Assembly: GCA_963813065.1 (NCBI GenBank)
Contig: CAWEXP010000010.1
Span: 7,276 to 71,275, forward strand
DNA length: 64,000 nt
Reading direction: 5' to 3'
From: Candidatus Kaiserbacteria bacterium
Lineage (GTDB): Bacteria > Patescibacteriota > Minisyncoccia > Phycocordibacterales > Phycocordibacteraceae
Shown here piece after piece: positions 26,389 to 37,020 of the stretch. How positions within the stretch are numbered: position 1 is the stretch's first letter; each line of letters starts with the position of its first letter. Position numbers and translations under genes: made by a program. The notes under the pieces are model-generated. The model saw only the letters and a list, made by a program, of their open reading frames with translations, was not told the DNA's origin and ran no database searches.

Positions 26389-27519
26389 ATGCTCAAGGCA
26401 TGGCGATACGTACGATGGTGCACACTCCTCATTAGTTTGCTTGTTGAGGCGGGAGTCTTCTGGCTGTCCGCACCTTCGGGCGATTTCCTCACCAAAGCAT
26501 TATCCCCGTGGCCGTGGATATGGATGGGGTTCGTGGCTGGCAGTTTGGCTTGGTTATTCTTCGAGCTCACCATCCTCATCTTCAAAGGCAAGGGGCGAAT
26601 TAATGCCGAGCTGGACGAAGATGGGAATGAGGAGATTCGATACCAAACCGTTCCGCACTGGCTCGAACCCATGCGCGAAATCCGCAAACATTCGGCGACC
26701 TGGTACGGGATTTGGGTCCCGGTGTGGATTGCGCTTGCTTCCACGACCTATCTCGTTGGCTGGGTCGTCTGGTTGGCTTCTCGTTTTCCCGAGGCGCTCT
26801 CGCTCTGGTCAGTCGATGCGTGTGCGTTTATCGAAACGCACTTCGTCGGGTTCTTGGCGATTATCGGCGTTCCGCTCGAAGGCTTGCTCAAGGCCATTCC
26901 AGCATTCCTTACCCAACTCCACGACACTGCTCGCGAGGACACCACCCTCACGTTCGTCCTGGTGGGGGTCGTATGGCTGTCATTGCATGCGTTCGAATGG
27001 GGATTACGGCGCTGGAAGATGCCACACTTCATCACTCGCTTGGCGCATCTTGGCCAATGGATAACGGTGTTGGTTGGCTTCTATGCTCTCATGGCCACAG
27101 AATGGTTTGACTGGCTCGCGCCCGTCTATACCTTCTTGCCACACAATGCGATCGTTGCGGTCGGCTATATGCCTCTTGGTCTCATTGCGCCACTGTATTA
27201 TGTGCCGCATGTTGCCGAGTGGCTTTCCACGCGCTATGCGCTCATCGTCGATCGCAAGTCGTCCGACGCCTATTTGCTCATTTGCTCCGGCGTCTTCGAC
27301 TTCATCAAGGAGCGAATATCCCTCGAACGTGTGGTAGATACCAAACTCTTTCAGCGTTGGTGGCAGAGGCCGCTCAAGATCGGCAATCTGACGCTTATCG
27401 AGACCGGCGGTGAAAAAGAGATTCTCGACATTTGGGATCCAAGGCATCTCGATCGGGAAATCAACAAGTGCATCACTCGTCGGCGGCGTCGGCAACGTGG
27501 TGACGAAATAGTCGATTAG
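26389..27519 (+). CDS. polytopic membrane protein, hypothetical
   Basis: 376 aa with >8 predicted TM helices and an Arg-rich C-terminal tail. No family recognised. Confidence 0.5.
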   Translation: MLKAWRYVRWCTLLISLLVEAGVFWLSAPSGDFLTKALSPWPWIWMGFVAGSLAWLFFELTILIFKGKGRINAELDEDGNEEIRYQTVPHWLEPMREIRKHSATWYGIWVPVWIALASTTYLVGWVVWLASRFPEALSLWSVDACAFIETHFVGFLAIIGVPLEGLLKAIPAFLTQLHDTAREDTTLTFVLVGVVWLSLHAFEWGLRRWKMPHFITRLAHLGQWITVLVGFYALMATEWFDWLAPVYTFLPHNAIVAVGYMPLGLIAPLYYVPHVAEWLSTRYALIVDRKSSDAYLLICSGVFDFIKERISLERVVDTKLFQRWWQRPLKIGNLTLIETGGEKEILDIWDPRHLDREINKCITRRRRRQRGDEIVD

Positions 27520-27530
27520 TTTTTTCTACT

Positions 27531-27558
27531 GGCGGCGCTACCCAGCGCCGCTTTTTTA
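27531..27558 (+). terminator. rho-independent terminator
   Basis: GGCGGCGCT-ACCC-AGCGCCGC hairpin followed by TTTTTT. Confidence 0.65.
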
Positions 27559-27579
27559 TACCTATGGTACGCTCGGGGA

Positions 27580-28407
27580 GTGGAACTGAAATACATCGAC
27601 GCGCACTGCCATCTGCAATTCGAGCAATACGATGCGGATCGCGACACGCTGATAGCCCAGATGCGCGAGCGTGGCGTGGCGGGCATTGTGGTCTGGTGCG
27701 ATTTTGAATCTTCGAAGAAGGCGGTCGAGCTCGCCGAACAACACGAGCACCTGTGGGCCGCGATTGGCCAACACCCCAACGACAACCACACTGAACTATT
27801 TGACGCATCGGCATATCGCGCACTCGCCGCGAGCAAGAAAGTGGTCGCGATAGGGGAGTGCGGACTCGATTACTTCAGGCCAGTCGATGCAACTGATGAA
27901 GTCAAAGCAAAGCAAAGAGAACTATTTACCGAACAGATAGAACTTGCCGCCGAGCTTGCGCTCCCACTCATTATTCATTCGCGCCCCTCCTCCGCCAAAG
28001 CTATGGAGGGCAAGCCGAGCTACGATGCATATTGGGATTTGATAGAGATACTGAAAGAGGCGAAAGAGGGGCACCCCAAACTCGCGGGCGACATCCATTT
28101 CTTCGTCGGTGGCGTCGCCGAGATGCGCGCACTGAATGCGCTCGGCTTCACCGTCTCCTACACCGCTGTCATCACTTTCGCACGCGACTATGACGCGACC
28201 ATTAAAGCCGCACCACTCGACCAGATGCTCGTCGAAACAGATTCGCCCTTTGTCGCGCCCGCGAGCCGACGTGGTCAGCGCAACGACCCGCTCGCGGTCA
28301 TCGAGGTCGTCGCCAAGATTGCGGAGATTCGAGGCGAAAATCCCGAGCTCGTCCGTGCGGCCTTGGCGGCCAATGCCGCACGCCTCTTCGAGTTGCCTTT
28401 TGTCTAG
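27580..28407 (+). CDS. TatD family metal-dependent hydrolase/DNase
   Basis: N-terminal YIDAHCHL metal-binding motif and TIM-barrel hydrolase pattern (GECGLDY, HSR, FVGG). GTG start. Confidence 0.75.
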   Translation: MELKYIDAHCHLQFEQYDADRDTLIAQMRERGVAGIVVWCDFESSKKAVELAEQHEHLWAAIGQHPNDNHTELFDASAYRALAASKKVVAIGECGLDYFRPVDATDEVKAKQRELFTEQIELAAELALPLIIHSRPSSAKAMEGKPSYDAYWDLIEILKEAKEGHPKLAGDIHFFVGGVAEMRALNALGFTVSYTAVITFARDYDATIKAAPLDQMLVETDSPFVAPASRRGQRNDPLAVIEVVAKIAEIRGENPELVRAALAANAARLFELPFV

Positions 28408-28430
28408 AGAGGTGCTAGATTAGCCCAATC

Positions 28431-28913
28431 ATGGCTCGAAATGAGGATGTTATAGAGGTTGAGGACACCGCCGAGGAAGGTGGCGCGCCGCGCGTCTACG
28501 AGCTCGGCTTCCACCTCGACCCGGAGCTCCCCTCCGAGGAGGTGAAGAAGACCTACCAGGCGCTCCGTGCCGCCATCGTGGCCCAGGGTGCTCTGGTTGC
28601 CGAGGGTGAGCCGGAGAAGGTTCCGCTCGCCTACACCATTTCCCGCCAGGAGCCGACCGGTCGTCGCGATTTCGATTCCGCATACTTCGCCTGGATTGCG
28701 TACGAAACCTCTGCCGCCAATCACGCCGAGGTGCTCTCTGCCGCAAATGCCGACCAGCGCATCATCCGTTTCGTCGACCTCGTGACGACGAAAGACGCCG
28801 CCCGCCACGCCGCCGAGATGCACGAGCTCTCGGTCAAGGTCCCTGCGCCGGTTGAAGTGGCCGATGCTACCGATGTCGAGCTCGACGCCGCGCTCGAACA
28901 CGTCGCCGTCTAA
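28431..28913 (+). CDS. rpsF: 30S ribosomal protein S6
   Basis: YELGFHLDPEL...KVPLAYTI core of S6 with an acidic C-terminal tail. First gene of the rpsF-ssb-rpsR cluster. Confidence 0.8.
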   Translation: MARNEDVIEVEDTAEEGGAPRVYELGFHLDPELPSEEVKKTYQALRAAIVAQGALVAEGEPEKVPLAYTISRQEPTGRRDFDSAYFAWIAYETSAANHAEVLSAANADQRIIRFVDLVTTKDAARHAAEMHELSVKVPAPVEVADATDVELDAALEHVAV

Positions 28914-28925
28914 CTTTTCTCTCCT

Positions 28926-29382
28926 ATGTACCTCAACAAAGTAATGCTCTACGGCAATCTCACCCGCGACCCGGAGCTCAAGGCGCTTCCCTCGGGCTCT
29001 AACGTTGCCACCTTTGGTGTCGCGACCAACCGTACCTACAAGGACAAGAACGGCGCGAAGCAGGAAGTCGACCGAGTTCCACAATGTCGTCGCCTTCGGT
29101 CGCACGGCCGAGGTCATCGGCCAGTACTTCAAGAAGGGCCGCCCGATTTTCGTTGAGGGTCGCCTCCAGACGCGGTCGTGGGATGATAAAGAAACTGGCA
29201 AGAAAAATTATCGCACCGAGATTGTGCTCGAGAACTTCCAGTTCGGCGCCGATGGCGGGAAGGGGAGCACGGGTGGTGCGAGCATGGGTGGCTCCTCGCG
29301 TGAGGAACAGCCGGCACCGAAGAGTGACGAGGAGATTAAGTATCCCGACGAAGAAATCAATCCTGAAGATATACCTTTTTAA
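28926..29382 (+). CDS. ssb: single-stranded DNA-binding protein (frameshift near 29068)
   Basis: OB-fold residues MYLNKVMLYGNLTRDPEL...NRTYKDKNGAKQE in frame 0, continuing as TEFHNVVAFGRTAEVIGQYFKKGRPIFVEGRLQTRSWDD in frame +1. Acidic C-terminal tail ends in DIPF. Confidence 0.85.
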
Positions 29383-29413
29383 TTTACATTTTTAAACATT
29401 TAAATATTCAAGT

Positions 29414-29620
29414 ATGGCACACCAAGCTGAACGCGAAGAGATTGAGATCAAGAAATTTATCGACTACAAAGATGTCGGGTATTTGAAGCTGTTCACCAAC
29501 CCGCACGCCAAGATGCCTCTCTAAGCGCCGCACGGGTATGCCGGCACTCAAACAACGCGAAATCGCCAACGCCATCAAGCGCGCGCGCTACATGGCGCTC
29601 CTGCCGTACGTGCAGGCGTA
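29414..29620 (+). CDS. rpsR: 30S ribosomal protein S18 (frameshift at CTCTCT near 29519)
   Basis: IDYKDVGYLKLFTNPHAKM in one frame, then RTGMPALKQREIANAIKRARYMALLPY in another. Together they make a canonical S18. Confidence 0.75.
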
Positions 29621-29703
29621 ACTTGCTTTTCTAAATCGTCAGTGGTATAAACGATAGCGGAAACGGACACACGAACGTGTCCGTAGCAGGGAAGGGAATT
29701 CCC

Positions 29704-29886
29704 ATGTCGATAAAAAATAGAACCCCTGTACGAGTATCTCCGAGTGGCACCGCGCTTGCTTTCACATTGACGGGCGTCGCGTTTGCTGCTCTTATCGGGC
29801 TTTTCATCGCCAACACAATCCACAACCCGACGGCCGCAGAGACTGCGAACATGCACCAAGTGTTCGACTCACAGAACCACAAATAA
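29704..29886 (+). CDS. small membrane protein, hypothetical
   Basis: 60 aa ORF with one TM helix. Followed by a CGCCCGCC-ACTC-CGGCGGGC hairpin and T-run. Confidence 0.35.
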   Translation: MSIKNRTPVRVSPSGTALAFTLTGVAFAALIGLFIANTIHNPTAAETANMHQVFDSQNHK

Positions 29887-29966
29887 TTTCGCCTCCATCG
29901 GCGCGCCCGCCACTCCGGCGGGCTTTTTATTTCCCTCATACAAAAGGCTCGTGATACAGTGAAAAG

Positions 29967-30272
29967 ATGAAGACCGTCTATTTCGTGCGACACGGACAGA
30001 GCGAGGCCAATGCCAGTCAGGGACTTCAATGGCCGGAGTCGCCGCTCACCGAACAGGGAAGGAGCGAAGCTCGTGCCGTGGCGGAGCGTGCTCAGAAGCT
30101 CCCGGTCGAAGCTATTGTTGCGAGCCCGTATGCGCGGGCAAAAGAAACTGCCGAGATAATCGGAGGAAAAATCGGTATGCCCGTGGAATTCTCTGAACTA
30201 TTCGTCGAGCGCGTGAAGCCCAGTAGCTTGAAAGAGCGGCCACACGACGATCCTGATGCCCGGAACATATGA
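29967..30272 (+). pseudogene. histidine phosphatase family protein, 5' fragment (truncated)
   Basis: VYFVRHGQSEAN catalytic motif, but only ~100 aa. Paralogous to the domain inserted in ileS. Runs into the convergent efp. Confidence 0.5.
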
Positions 30273-30305
30273 TGGTGTGGAATGACCACGCGCACCTCGG
30301 TTGAT

Positions 30306-30882
30306 TTATCCCTTCGCGACGCGCTCGACGTAATCGCCGGTATCCGTATTTATTCTGATAGTGTCGCCCGCGTTGATGAAAAGGGGGACGTTCGCGGTTG
30401 CGCCCGAGGCGAGCGTGACCTGCTTGTTGCCACCGGTGGCGGTGTCGCCCTTGATTGAGGGCGGTGCCTCGGTGACTTTCAAATCCATTTTCACCGGGAT
30501 CTGGACCGTAATCGGCTTCTCCTGGTAGGTCGTGATTTCGACGGGCGAGTTCTGCACGAGCCACTGCACTTTGTCATGCACGGCGTCTTCGGGGAATGCG
30601 AAGCGGTTCTTGGCGTTGCCTTCTTCGGCGAACCAGCTCTCGCCGCGGTTGGTGTAGAGGTACATCGCGTTCATCTCGCCGACATCCGCTTCATCGACGC
30701 CTCTCGTTCTGGTGGAAGGAGATCTCGGTCACGCGGCCGCTGATCAGGTGGCGAAGTTTGGTCTGGTTCACCGGCTTACGCATCTGCATGCGGAAAATGT
30801 GCGAGGAAAGCACCTCGTAGGGCTCATTATTATATTCGATAACTTTTTTCGGAAGGATTTCGTTGTATGAGAGGACGGCCAT
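30306..30882 (-). CDS. efp: elongation factor P (frameshift from a GGG->GG-type indel near 30690)
   Basis: The N-terminal KOW-like domain (MAVLSYNEILPKKVIEYNNEPYEVL...KLRHLISGRVTEISF) and the C-terminal OB domains lie in different frames. Confidence 0.8.
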
Positions 30883-30976
30883 AGTAGGGAAACTAAAAAC
30901 GGCGCGCGGAGGTTCTAATGCTTGTCCGGCGCCGGCTAAAGCCCCGAGGGGCTCGCCCATCAAAGGGACGTAGCGT

Positions 30977-31585
30977 ATGATAGCTGAAACCATGACTTTT
31001 TCAAGTCTTTCTAAAGATACCGAGGACCGGGGCTCCCTTTCTGATGCCCAGGTGCTGGCGCGGAGTCGACAGGAGCCCGAGCTTTTCGCGCTCCTCGTGC
31101 GACGCTATGAGGCGCCCTTCTTGCGCCGTGCCCGCGCTATTGTCCGGAGCCAGGAGGATGCCGAAGAGATTGTGCAGGACGCCTTCACCAAAATCTACCT
31201 CTATGCTGATCGCTATCATCCACAAGAGGGCGCGACCTTCGCCTCCTGGGCCTACATGATTCTGAATCGCGTCGCATACACCAAATATAGTAAGAATCGC
31301 GACCGCTATAGCGAGATGGTTGAGCTTGAGCCCGAGCATTACGAATCACTCCCCGATGCGCGCGCCGAGTTCCTCGAAGACTTGTCGATACGCAATGAAG
31401 TTATCTCCGCGCTCGCAGAGCTCCCCGAAACGGCGGCCAAGATTCTTCGGTTACAATTCATCGAGGGGAAGACACAAGAAGAAATCGCCGCGAGCGAAAA
31501 TCTCTCGGTCCCCGCAGTGAAGACGCGCGTGCATCGTGCCAAGAAACTTTTCAAGCACGTATTCGATACCCAAAAATATGAATGA
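30977..31585 (+). CDS. ECF-type RNA polymerase sigma-70 family factor
   Basis: Region 2 (EEIVQDAFTKIYLYADRYHP...FASWAYMILNRVAYT) and region 4 HTH (EGKTQEEIAASENLSVPAVKTRVHRAKKL). Confidence 0.8.
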   Translation: MIAETMTFSSLSKDTEDRGSLSDAQVLARSRQEPELFALLVRRYEAPFLRRARAIVRSQEDAEEIVQDAFTKIYLYADRYHPQEGATFASWAYMILNRVAYTKYSKNRDRYSEMVELEPEHYESLPDARAEFLEDLSIRNEVISALAELPETAAKILRLQFIEGKTQEEIAASENLSVPAVKTRVHRAKKLFKHVFDTQKYE

Positions 31586-31889
31586 TGAAACCAATGTCGA
31601 AAAAATAGTAATGCGCCGCGTGCGCAGGATTTCACTGCTCCGTATCCTTATCTCCGGCGGCATCTTCGCGCTCGCCCTTGCGCTCCTTGCGCTCTACGGC
31701 ATCGGACGGGAAGTGTGGGTCGCGATGATCTTCCGCAATGGTCCGCAGGACTTCTTCGGCCACACGCTCTACCTCGTCTACGCCTTCGAGCACACCCGCC
31801 TCGTTGTCCAGGGGCTTATCCTCGTTTGCCTCATCTCCCTCATCTACCTCGCACGCGAAATCGCGCGACTGCTCACACAAAACTTCTGA
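31580..31889 (+). CDS. membrane protein, putative anti-sigma factor
   Basis: Start overlaps the sigma-factor stop (ATGAATGA). Two TM helices. Position is typical of a cognate anti-sigma. Confidence 0.4.
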
Positions 31890-31965
31890 GGCGTCGCCCT
31901 AGAAGTTACTTGTGTCTTAAACTCACTTAGAGTAAGGTCTGTGACGGAAAGTAAGGGAGTGTGCT

Positions 31966-32253
31966 ATGACAAAAGTTCGGAAACGCCACTGCAAATCCTT
32001 TACGGAACTCGATAAACTTATCCGTAATGACGCGCACGATGGATGGTGGTATGTGACCATACACATAAAAGGCAGGAAAGGCGCATATTGGGGAAGATCA
32101 GTGGCCAAGAGTAAACTGGATGGCACGCTCAAATTTCCTCTTTGGGGTGACCCTTACTTTGAAAGGGGACAAATAGCACAGCTAGCAACTGAATTTGCCT
32201 TTAATTTTCAGACTCCCCCTAAGCTGAAAAAGATTGTGGCGTGGAAAATATAA
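31966..32253 (+). CDS. hypothetical protein (low-GC islet)
   Basis: 95 aa Trp-rich ORF. Local GC is clearly below the genome average. A TAGGACA-TCGAA-TGTCCTA hairpin plus T-run lies at 32355-32382. Confidence 0.4.
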   Translation: MTKVRKRHCKSFTELDKLIRNDAHDGWWYVTIHIKGRKGAYWGRSVAKSKLDGTLKFPLWGDPYFERGQIAQLATEFAFNFQTPPKLKKIVAWKI

Positions 32254-32426
32254 AAGCATCCAACCTCTTGCAACATCCGCATCGTCCGACTTTCTCGGCC
32301 GGTGCGGATTTTATATCAACGTAAACGCCACGGTGCTGGACTTTGCGATAAGTTAGGACATCGAATGTCCTAGTTTTGTTTTAGTGCTAGATAAGAAAAA
32401 CGCCGGGGATACCCGGCGCTCGGTGT

Positions 32427-32732
32427 TCACTTGTCGACGAGGCGATCGATAAGGAGCTGGAAGGCATCACTCATACCTTCATATTTTGCTTCGGCAGCCG
32501 CCAGTCGTGCTTCCAAGTCTGCGATGTCTTCTTTGTCGGCCTGCTCGTTTATTATTGCTTGAATGGACTTCCCTTCAAGTTCGCGAACGGTCGCCTTGAT
32601 GCCGGGTATTTCGGCCTCATACTGTTTCAGTTGACCAGCGACTTGGTCGCGCGCGTCCGAAACTTCTTGCAGACTGCGCTGTAAATCCTCAATCCGCGCC
32701 TCGAGAATAGTCACAGCTTTAATTTTGGCCAT
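32427..32732 (-). CDS. coiled-coil hypothetical protein
   Basis: 101 aa heptad-rich sequence. Terminator hairpin CGCCGGGTATCCCCGGCG plus T5 on the minus strand at 32393-32418. Confidence 0.5.
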   Translation of the reverse strand: MAKIKAVTILEARIEDLQRSLQEVSDARDQVAGQLKQYEAEIPGIKATVRELEGKSIQAIINEQADKEDIADLEARLAAAEAKYEGMSDAFQLLIDRLVDK

Positions 32733-32800
32733 GGGGCCCTCCTTTGCCGACTCACCATCGAGTCTGGAGGGAATCTACACTCGAACCACTGTTTCGTCAA

Positions 32801-33352
32801 TTAAATCAGTGTAAAGGCGACCGCAGAGGACATCGCGGTGTACGAGCCGATGATGAGCGACTTGGCGAGAATCTCGTTCACGCCCGGGAAGTTATTGAAG
32901 AGGAAGAGGCCGAGGAGCTGGACCAGGAGCGCGATGAGGTAGAGGTAGCCGACCTTGCCGAGGATGTAGGGCAGGGGATTCGTCTTCTTGATGACATCCT
33001 TGTCATTTTTATAAATCAACAAGCCGGTGATAAGGATGATGAAGAAGAGGATGCCGAAGATATTCGGCCACGGCAATTTATTCGCGAGGGCGACCGAGTT
33101 GCCGAGCGCCTGGCCGAGACCGACGCCGAGGAACGCGCCCGCCGCGCCGCGCGCGAGCTCGAGCACGTGCGAGCGCTTGATCGCGAGCGAGCCGATGGTG
33201 AGCAATTCTTTGTCGACTTTTTCTTCTTCCTTTTCCATCTTCTCGACCTGCTCCTCTTCTTTGTCGACGAGCCTCGAGAGGTGCTCCTCGATCTTCTCGA
33301 CCTTGTCGAGCTTCGTGTTGATGTCTTCGAGATTGTCAGCGATGCCGGCCAT
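32801..33352 (-). CDS. membrane protein with N-terminal coiled coil
   Basis: Acidic coiled-coil N-terminus, then 3-4 TM helices. The E-rich plus-strand ORF 32744-33376 is its antisense shadow. Confidence 0.55.
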   Translation of the reverse strand: MAGIADNLEDINTKLDKVEKIEEHLSRLVDKEEEQVEKMEKEEEKVDKELLTIGSLAIKRSHVLELARGAAGAFLGVGLGQALGNSVALANKLPWPNIFGILFFIILITGLLIYKNDKDVIKKTNPLPYILGKVGYLYLIALLVQLLGLFLFNNFPGVNEILAKSLIIGSYTAMSSAVAFTLI

Positions 33353-33353
33353 A

Positions 33354-34403
33354 CTATTCCGCCAGCTTCTCCTTGATGCCCTTCAAGAGTTCGGTCGCCA
33401 CCGGCTTGTTGTCGCGGAGGAAGGTGCGCGTCGCGTCATAGCCGACGCCGAGCTTCGTCGTGCCGAACTTGTAGGTCGCACCACTCTTCTCCACCAGGCC
33501 AAACTTCTCCCCGAGCGCGATAAGCTCGCCCTCGCGGCTGATGCCCTCGTTGTAGAGGAGGTCGAACTCGGTCGTCTTGAAGGGTGCGGCGACTTTATTC
33601 TTGACCACCTTGACCCGCGTGCGGCCGCCGACGACTTCTTCACCTTTTTTGATTGAGGCGATGCGGCGAATGTCGAGGCGCACTGAGGTATAGAACTTGA
33701 GCGCCTTGCCGCCCGGCGTTGTCTCGGGGTTGCCGAACATCACGCCGATCTGCATGCGAATCTGGTTAATGAAAATGACAATCGTCTTACTGCGCGAGAC
33801 AATCGCGGTGAGTTTGCGGAGTGCTTGGCTCATCAGGCGCGCCTGCTTGCCGACGTGCTGTTGGCCCATCTCGCCCTCGATTTCATCTTTGGGGGTGAGC
33901 GCGGCGACGGAGTCGACGACGATGACATCCACATTGCCACTGCGCACCAGCGACTCGACAATATCCAATGCCTGCTCGCCCGTGTCAGGCTGAGAAATCA
34001 AAAGTTCTTGCAGTTTGACCCCAATGCGGCGCGCATACTCTGGATCGAGCGCGTGCTCGGCGTCGACGAAGGCCGCGATGCCGCCCGCCTTTTGCGCCTC
34101 GGCAATCACGTGGAGTGCCAGCGTCGTCTTGCCCGATGATTCAGGGCCAAAAATTTCTATGATGCGCCCGCAGGGGAGCCCGTCGACGCCGAGAATGGCA
34201 TCGAGCCCGATCGAGCCGGTGTGGATAGAGGGGATCTTGGCCTGCTTGCCGCCCGAGAGGGTGGTGATGGCGTCGTCGCCAAACTTGGTGCGAATCTCCT
34301 TCAGCGCCTGATCAATCGACTTCTGTCGCTCGCCCTTGTCGGTCGTCGCGGCCGTGAGCGTCTTGAGCACTTTTTCTTTTTTTGGTTTGCCGAATCCTGC
34401 CAT
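33354..34403 (-). CDS. recA: recombinase RecA
   Basis: Walker [11 protein letters not shown]1/L2 loop regions and the conserved C-terminal domain. 349 aa. Confidence 0.95.
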   Translation of the reverse strand: MAGFGKPKKEKVLKTLTAATTDKGERQKSIDQALKEIRTKFGDDAITTLSGGKQAKIPSIHTGSIGLDAILGVDGLPCGRIIEIFGPESSGKTTLALHVIAEAQKAGGIAAFVDAEHALDPEYARRIGVKLQELLISQPDTGEQALDIVESLVRSGNVDVIVVDSVAALTPKDEIEGEMGQQHVGKQARLMSQALRKLTAIVSRSKTIVIFINQIRMQIGVMFGNPETTPGGKALKFYTSVRLDIRRIASIKKGEEVVGGRTRVKVVKNKVAAPFKTTEFDLLYNEGISREGELIALGEKFGLVEKSGATYKFGTTKLGVGYDATRTFLRDNKPVATELLKGIKEKLAE

Positions 34404-34405
34404 AA

Positions 34406-34729
34406 TTATTTTACAAAAATGTCGCGAGTAAGAGTTACTGAGCGGCCGAAGCGATCGGTCGCTACGAAGGTAAGTATAGAGCCTCCCGAGGGGAATGTCA
34501 GAGTTGCGGAGAAGTCACCTTGCTGGTCTGGTAAGAGGGTCGCGCCGTCGAGGGTGAGCGAGGCGGTACGGAGCGCGCGACCCTCTACATCGAGAATCCC
34601 GCCCGGCACGCTCGCGCCTTCAATCGGCGAGCTGATCTGGAGCGATGGCCCGGCGACGAGTGGCCACGCCTCGAACGCGCCGTATCCCACCAAGAGCACC
34701 AGCACGACCGTGATGAGGTATTTGGTCAT
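34406..34729 (-). CDS. small secreted hypothetical protein
   Basis: Signal peptide-like N-terminus, 107 aa. Confidence 0.45.
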   Translation of the reverse strand: MTKYLITVVLVLLVGYGAFEAWPLVAGPSLQISSPIEGASVPGGILDVEGRALRTASLTLDGATLLPDQQGDFSATLTFPSGGSILTFVATDRFGRSVTLTRDIFVK

Positions 34730-34732
34730 TAC

Positions 34733-36949
34733 CTAAAACTCCGTATCGCCTTCTTCTTCAGGAGTGGGGGAGGAAGAGCCAGAGCGAGAGAGCACTTCGC
34801 GCGGTTTACTGCCGTCGGCGGGGCCGATGACACCGCGAGATTCGAGTACATCCATCAGGCGCGCGGCGCGTGAGTAGCCAATTTTTAATTTGCGTTGCAG
34901 GTAGGAGGTAGAGGCCCGGCCGGCTTCCTCCACAAACACTTTCGCTTCGGCATAGAGGTCATCGTCGATTTCTTCGTCATCGCTCATGTTCGCGAGGCCG
35001 ATGGTGTCGCCCATATCGTTCGAAACAATACCGGTGCCGCCCATATCGATGGCCGAGAGGTTGCCCGCGTTATGGCTCTTTATATAGTGTGCGACTTTCT
35101 TCACCTCATTTTCAGAAATGAATGCGGTCTGGAGGCGGACCGGTTTCTGCATATCGCTCGAGAGATAGAGCATGTCGCCGGCGCCCAGCAGGGTCTCGGC
35201 GCCCGAGCCGTCGAGGATGGTGCGCGAGTCGATTTGCGAGGCGACCTGGAGCGCCATGCGCGTCGGGACGTTCGCCTTGATGAGGCCGGTGATGACATTG
35301 ACCGAGGGGCGCTGGGTCGAGAGCACCAGGTGGATGCCCACCGCGCGGCTCATCTGCGCGAGGCGGACGATCGAGGCCTCGAGCTCGCGCGGGTAGCTGG
35401 TCATAATGTCCGCGAGTTCGTCGATGACGATGACGATGAAAGGCATGGTCTCGGGTTGATCCTCACCCTTGCGCTTCTTCGCGGGCTCGACGACGGTGGT
35501 GTGATAGGAGTCGATATCGCGCACGCCCTCGGCCTCGAGAATATTGTAGCGACGTTCCATTTCCTTCGCCGCCCACTTGAGCGAGAGGATTGTTTTCTTC
35601 GGGTCGGTGATGACGGGCGTGAGGAGGTGCGGGATGCCGTTGTAAGCGGTGAGCTCGACGCGCTTCGGATCGATCATGATGAAGCGGAGCTGATCGGGGC
35701 CATTACGGTAAAGGAGGGAGGCGATGATGGCATGGATGGCGACTGACTTGCCCGAGCCGGTGGCACCAGCGACGAGTGCGTGCGGCGCCTTGCCGAGATT
35801 CACGAAGTGCGGCAAGCCCGTGATGTCGCGGCCGAGCGCGGCGAGGAGCGGCTTCTTATTGTCGCGCCACTCGTTCGTGGCGAGGATGCCGCCGAGGCCA
35901 ACGGTCGCTTTGGTCGTGTTCGGGACCTCGATGCCGACGAGCGACTTGCCCGGTATCGGCGCTTCGATGCGCACGGGGTGCGCGGCAAGTGCGAGTTCGA
36001 GATTACCCTGGAGCGAAACAATTTTAGAAAGGCGCACGCCCTCGGCGGGCTTCACGGCGTAGCGGCTGACGGTGGGGCCCACCGAGACTTCGTCCATTTC
36101 GACATTGATGCCGAAGTTCTGGAAGGTGCGTTTGATGATATTGGCATTTGCCTTGATGTCGCCGACGCCCGGCTTGCCCTTGTCCTCGCTCAAGATCGAG
36201 AGGGGAGGCGGATCATATTCAGAATCGAATTCGGGAATGCTCGAACGTGTCGAATGGGCGGGCGCGCTATTGAAGACATTCACCGTCGGTTCCTGTTCTG
36301 CGCCCGCTACTTCTTCTAGATTTTCTTCAAGCGGTTCTTCGGGGATGCCGACAACCTCGACCTCCTCATCCTCTTCGATAAAATCTTCTTCAGACGGCGT
36401 GAGTCGTGCGACGCCCCAGCCCCAGACCGCGCGTGCCCAGTGTGCGACTGCTTCCGCGATTGCTTCGATGTCGCTCGCGAGTGCGAATCCGATGGCGAGC
36501 ACGGCAATCAGGAGAACGAATGCGCCCCAGAAGCCGAAGAAACCGGCGAGTGCGCCGCCGAGCCACTGACCAACCTGCCCACCGAAGGTCGCACTCGGGA
36601 AGAGTCCGGCGAAAGCGAGTACACCCGCGAGCATAATAAGGACACCTGAAGCGGTCAGCGCCTCGATGACCGGATAGCCGAAGCCCGCGTAGATGCCAAG
36701 GATGATCAGGGCAATGGGAATACCGAATGCGCCGATGCCAACAATCGTGTATGCAAGAGCGAAGACCGTGCTCCCGACGGGCCCTGCGTTGCCGACCGCG
36801 GCAAGCGCGAGGAGGACACCGGCGGCGAGGAAGACGACGGCACTCGACCAGCGAATCAGCGCATCGTACCCCTCGACCGCGGCCTCTTTCGAAGACGCTT
36901 TACGTTTATTCGGTGCCTTGCTCATAGAAGTATGCAGACATTGTATCAC
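34733..36949 (-). CDS. ftsK: DNA translocase FtsK/SpoIIIE
   Basis: N-terminal TM domain, long linker, motor domain with Walker A (AGATGSGKS) and a C-terminal winged-helix gamma domain. Confidence 0.9.
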   Translation of the reverse strand: MIQCLHTSMSKAPNKRKASSKEAAVEGYDALIRWSSAVVFLAAGVLLALAAVGNAGPVGSTVFALAYTIVGIGAFGIPIALIILGIYAGFGYPVIEALTASGVLIMLAGVLAFAGLFPSATFGGQVGQWLGGALAGFFGFWGAFVLLIAVLAIGFALASDIEAIAEAVAHWARAVWGWGVARLTPSEEDFIEEDEEVEVVGIPEEPLEENLEEVAGAEQEPTVNVFNSAPAHSTRSSIPEFDSEYDPPPLSILSEDKGKPGVGDIKANANIIKRTFQNFGINVEMDEVSVGPTVSRYAVKPAEGVRLSKIVSLQGNLELALAAHPVRIEAPIPGKSLVGIEVPNTTKATVGLGGILATNEWRDNKKPLLAALGRDITGLPHFVNLGKAPHALVAGATGSGKSVAIHAIIASLLYRNGPDQLRFIMIDPKRVELTAYNGIPHLLTPVITDPKKTILSLKWAAKEMERRYNILEAEGVRDIDSYHTTVVEPAKKRKGEDQPETMPFIVIVIDELADIMTSYPRELEASIVRLAQMSRAVGIHLVLSTQRPSVNVITGLIKANVPTRMALQVASQIDSRTILDGSGAETLLGAGDMLYLSSDMQKPVRLQTAFISENEVKKVAHYIKSHNAGNLSAIDMGGTGIVSNDMGDTIGLANMSDDEEIDDDLYAEAKVFVEEAGRASTSYLQRKLKIGYSRAARLMDVLESRGVIGPADGSKPREVLSRSGSSSPTPEEEGDTEF

Positions 36950-37020
36950 TCAAAAAATGTAGACGCAGATACGCACTTGCGCGGGGCCGCCAGCGTCCTA
37001 TACTGTCCAATACAAGCATC

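Noticed and set aside
32744-33376. Glu/Asp-rich 210 aa plus-strand ORF
   Set aside because: Mirror image of the minus-strand coiled-coil/membrane protein gene (32801-33352). Low-complexity acidic translation is typical of an antisense shadow.
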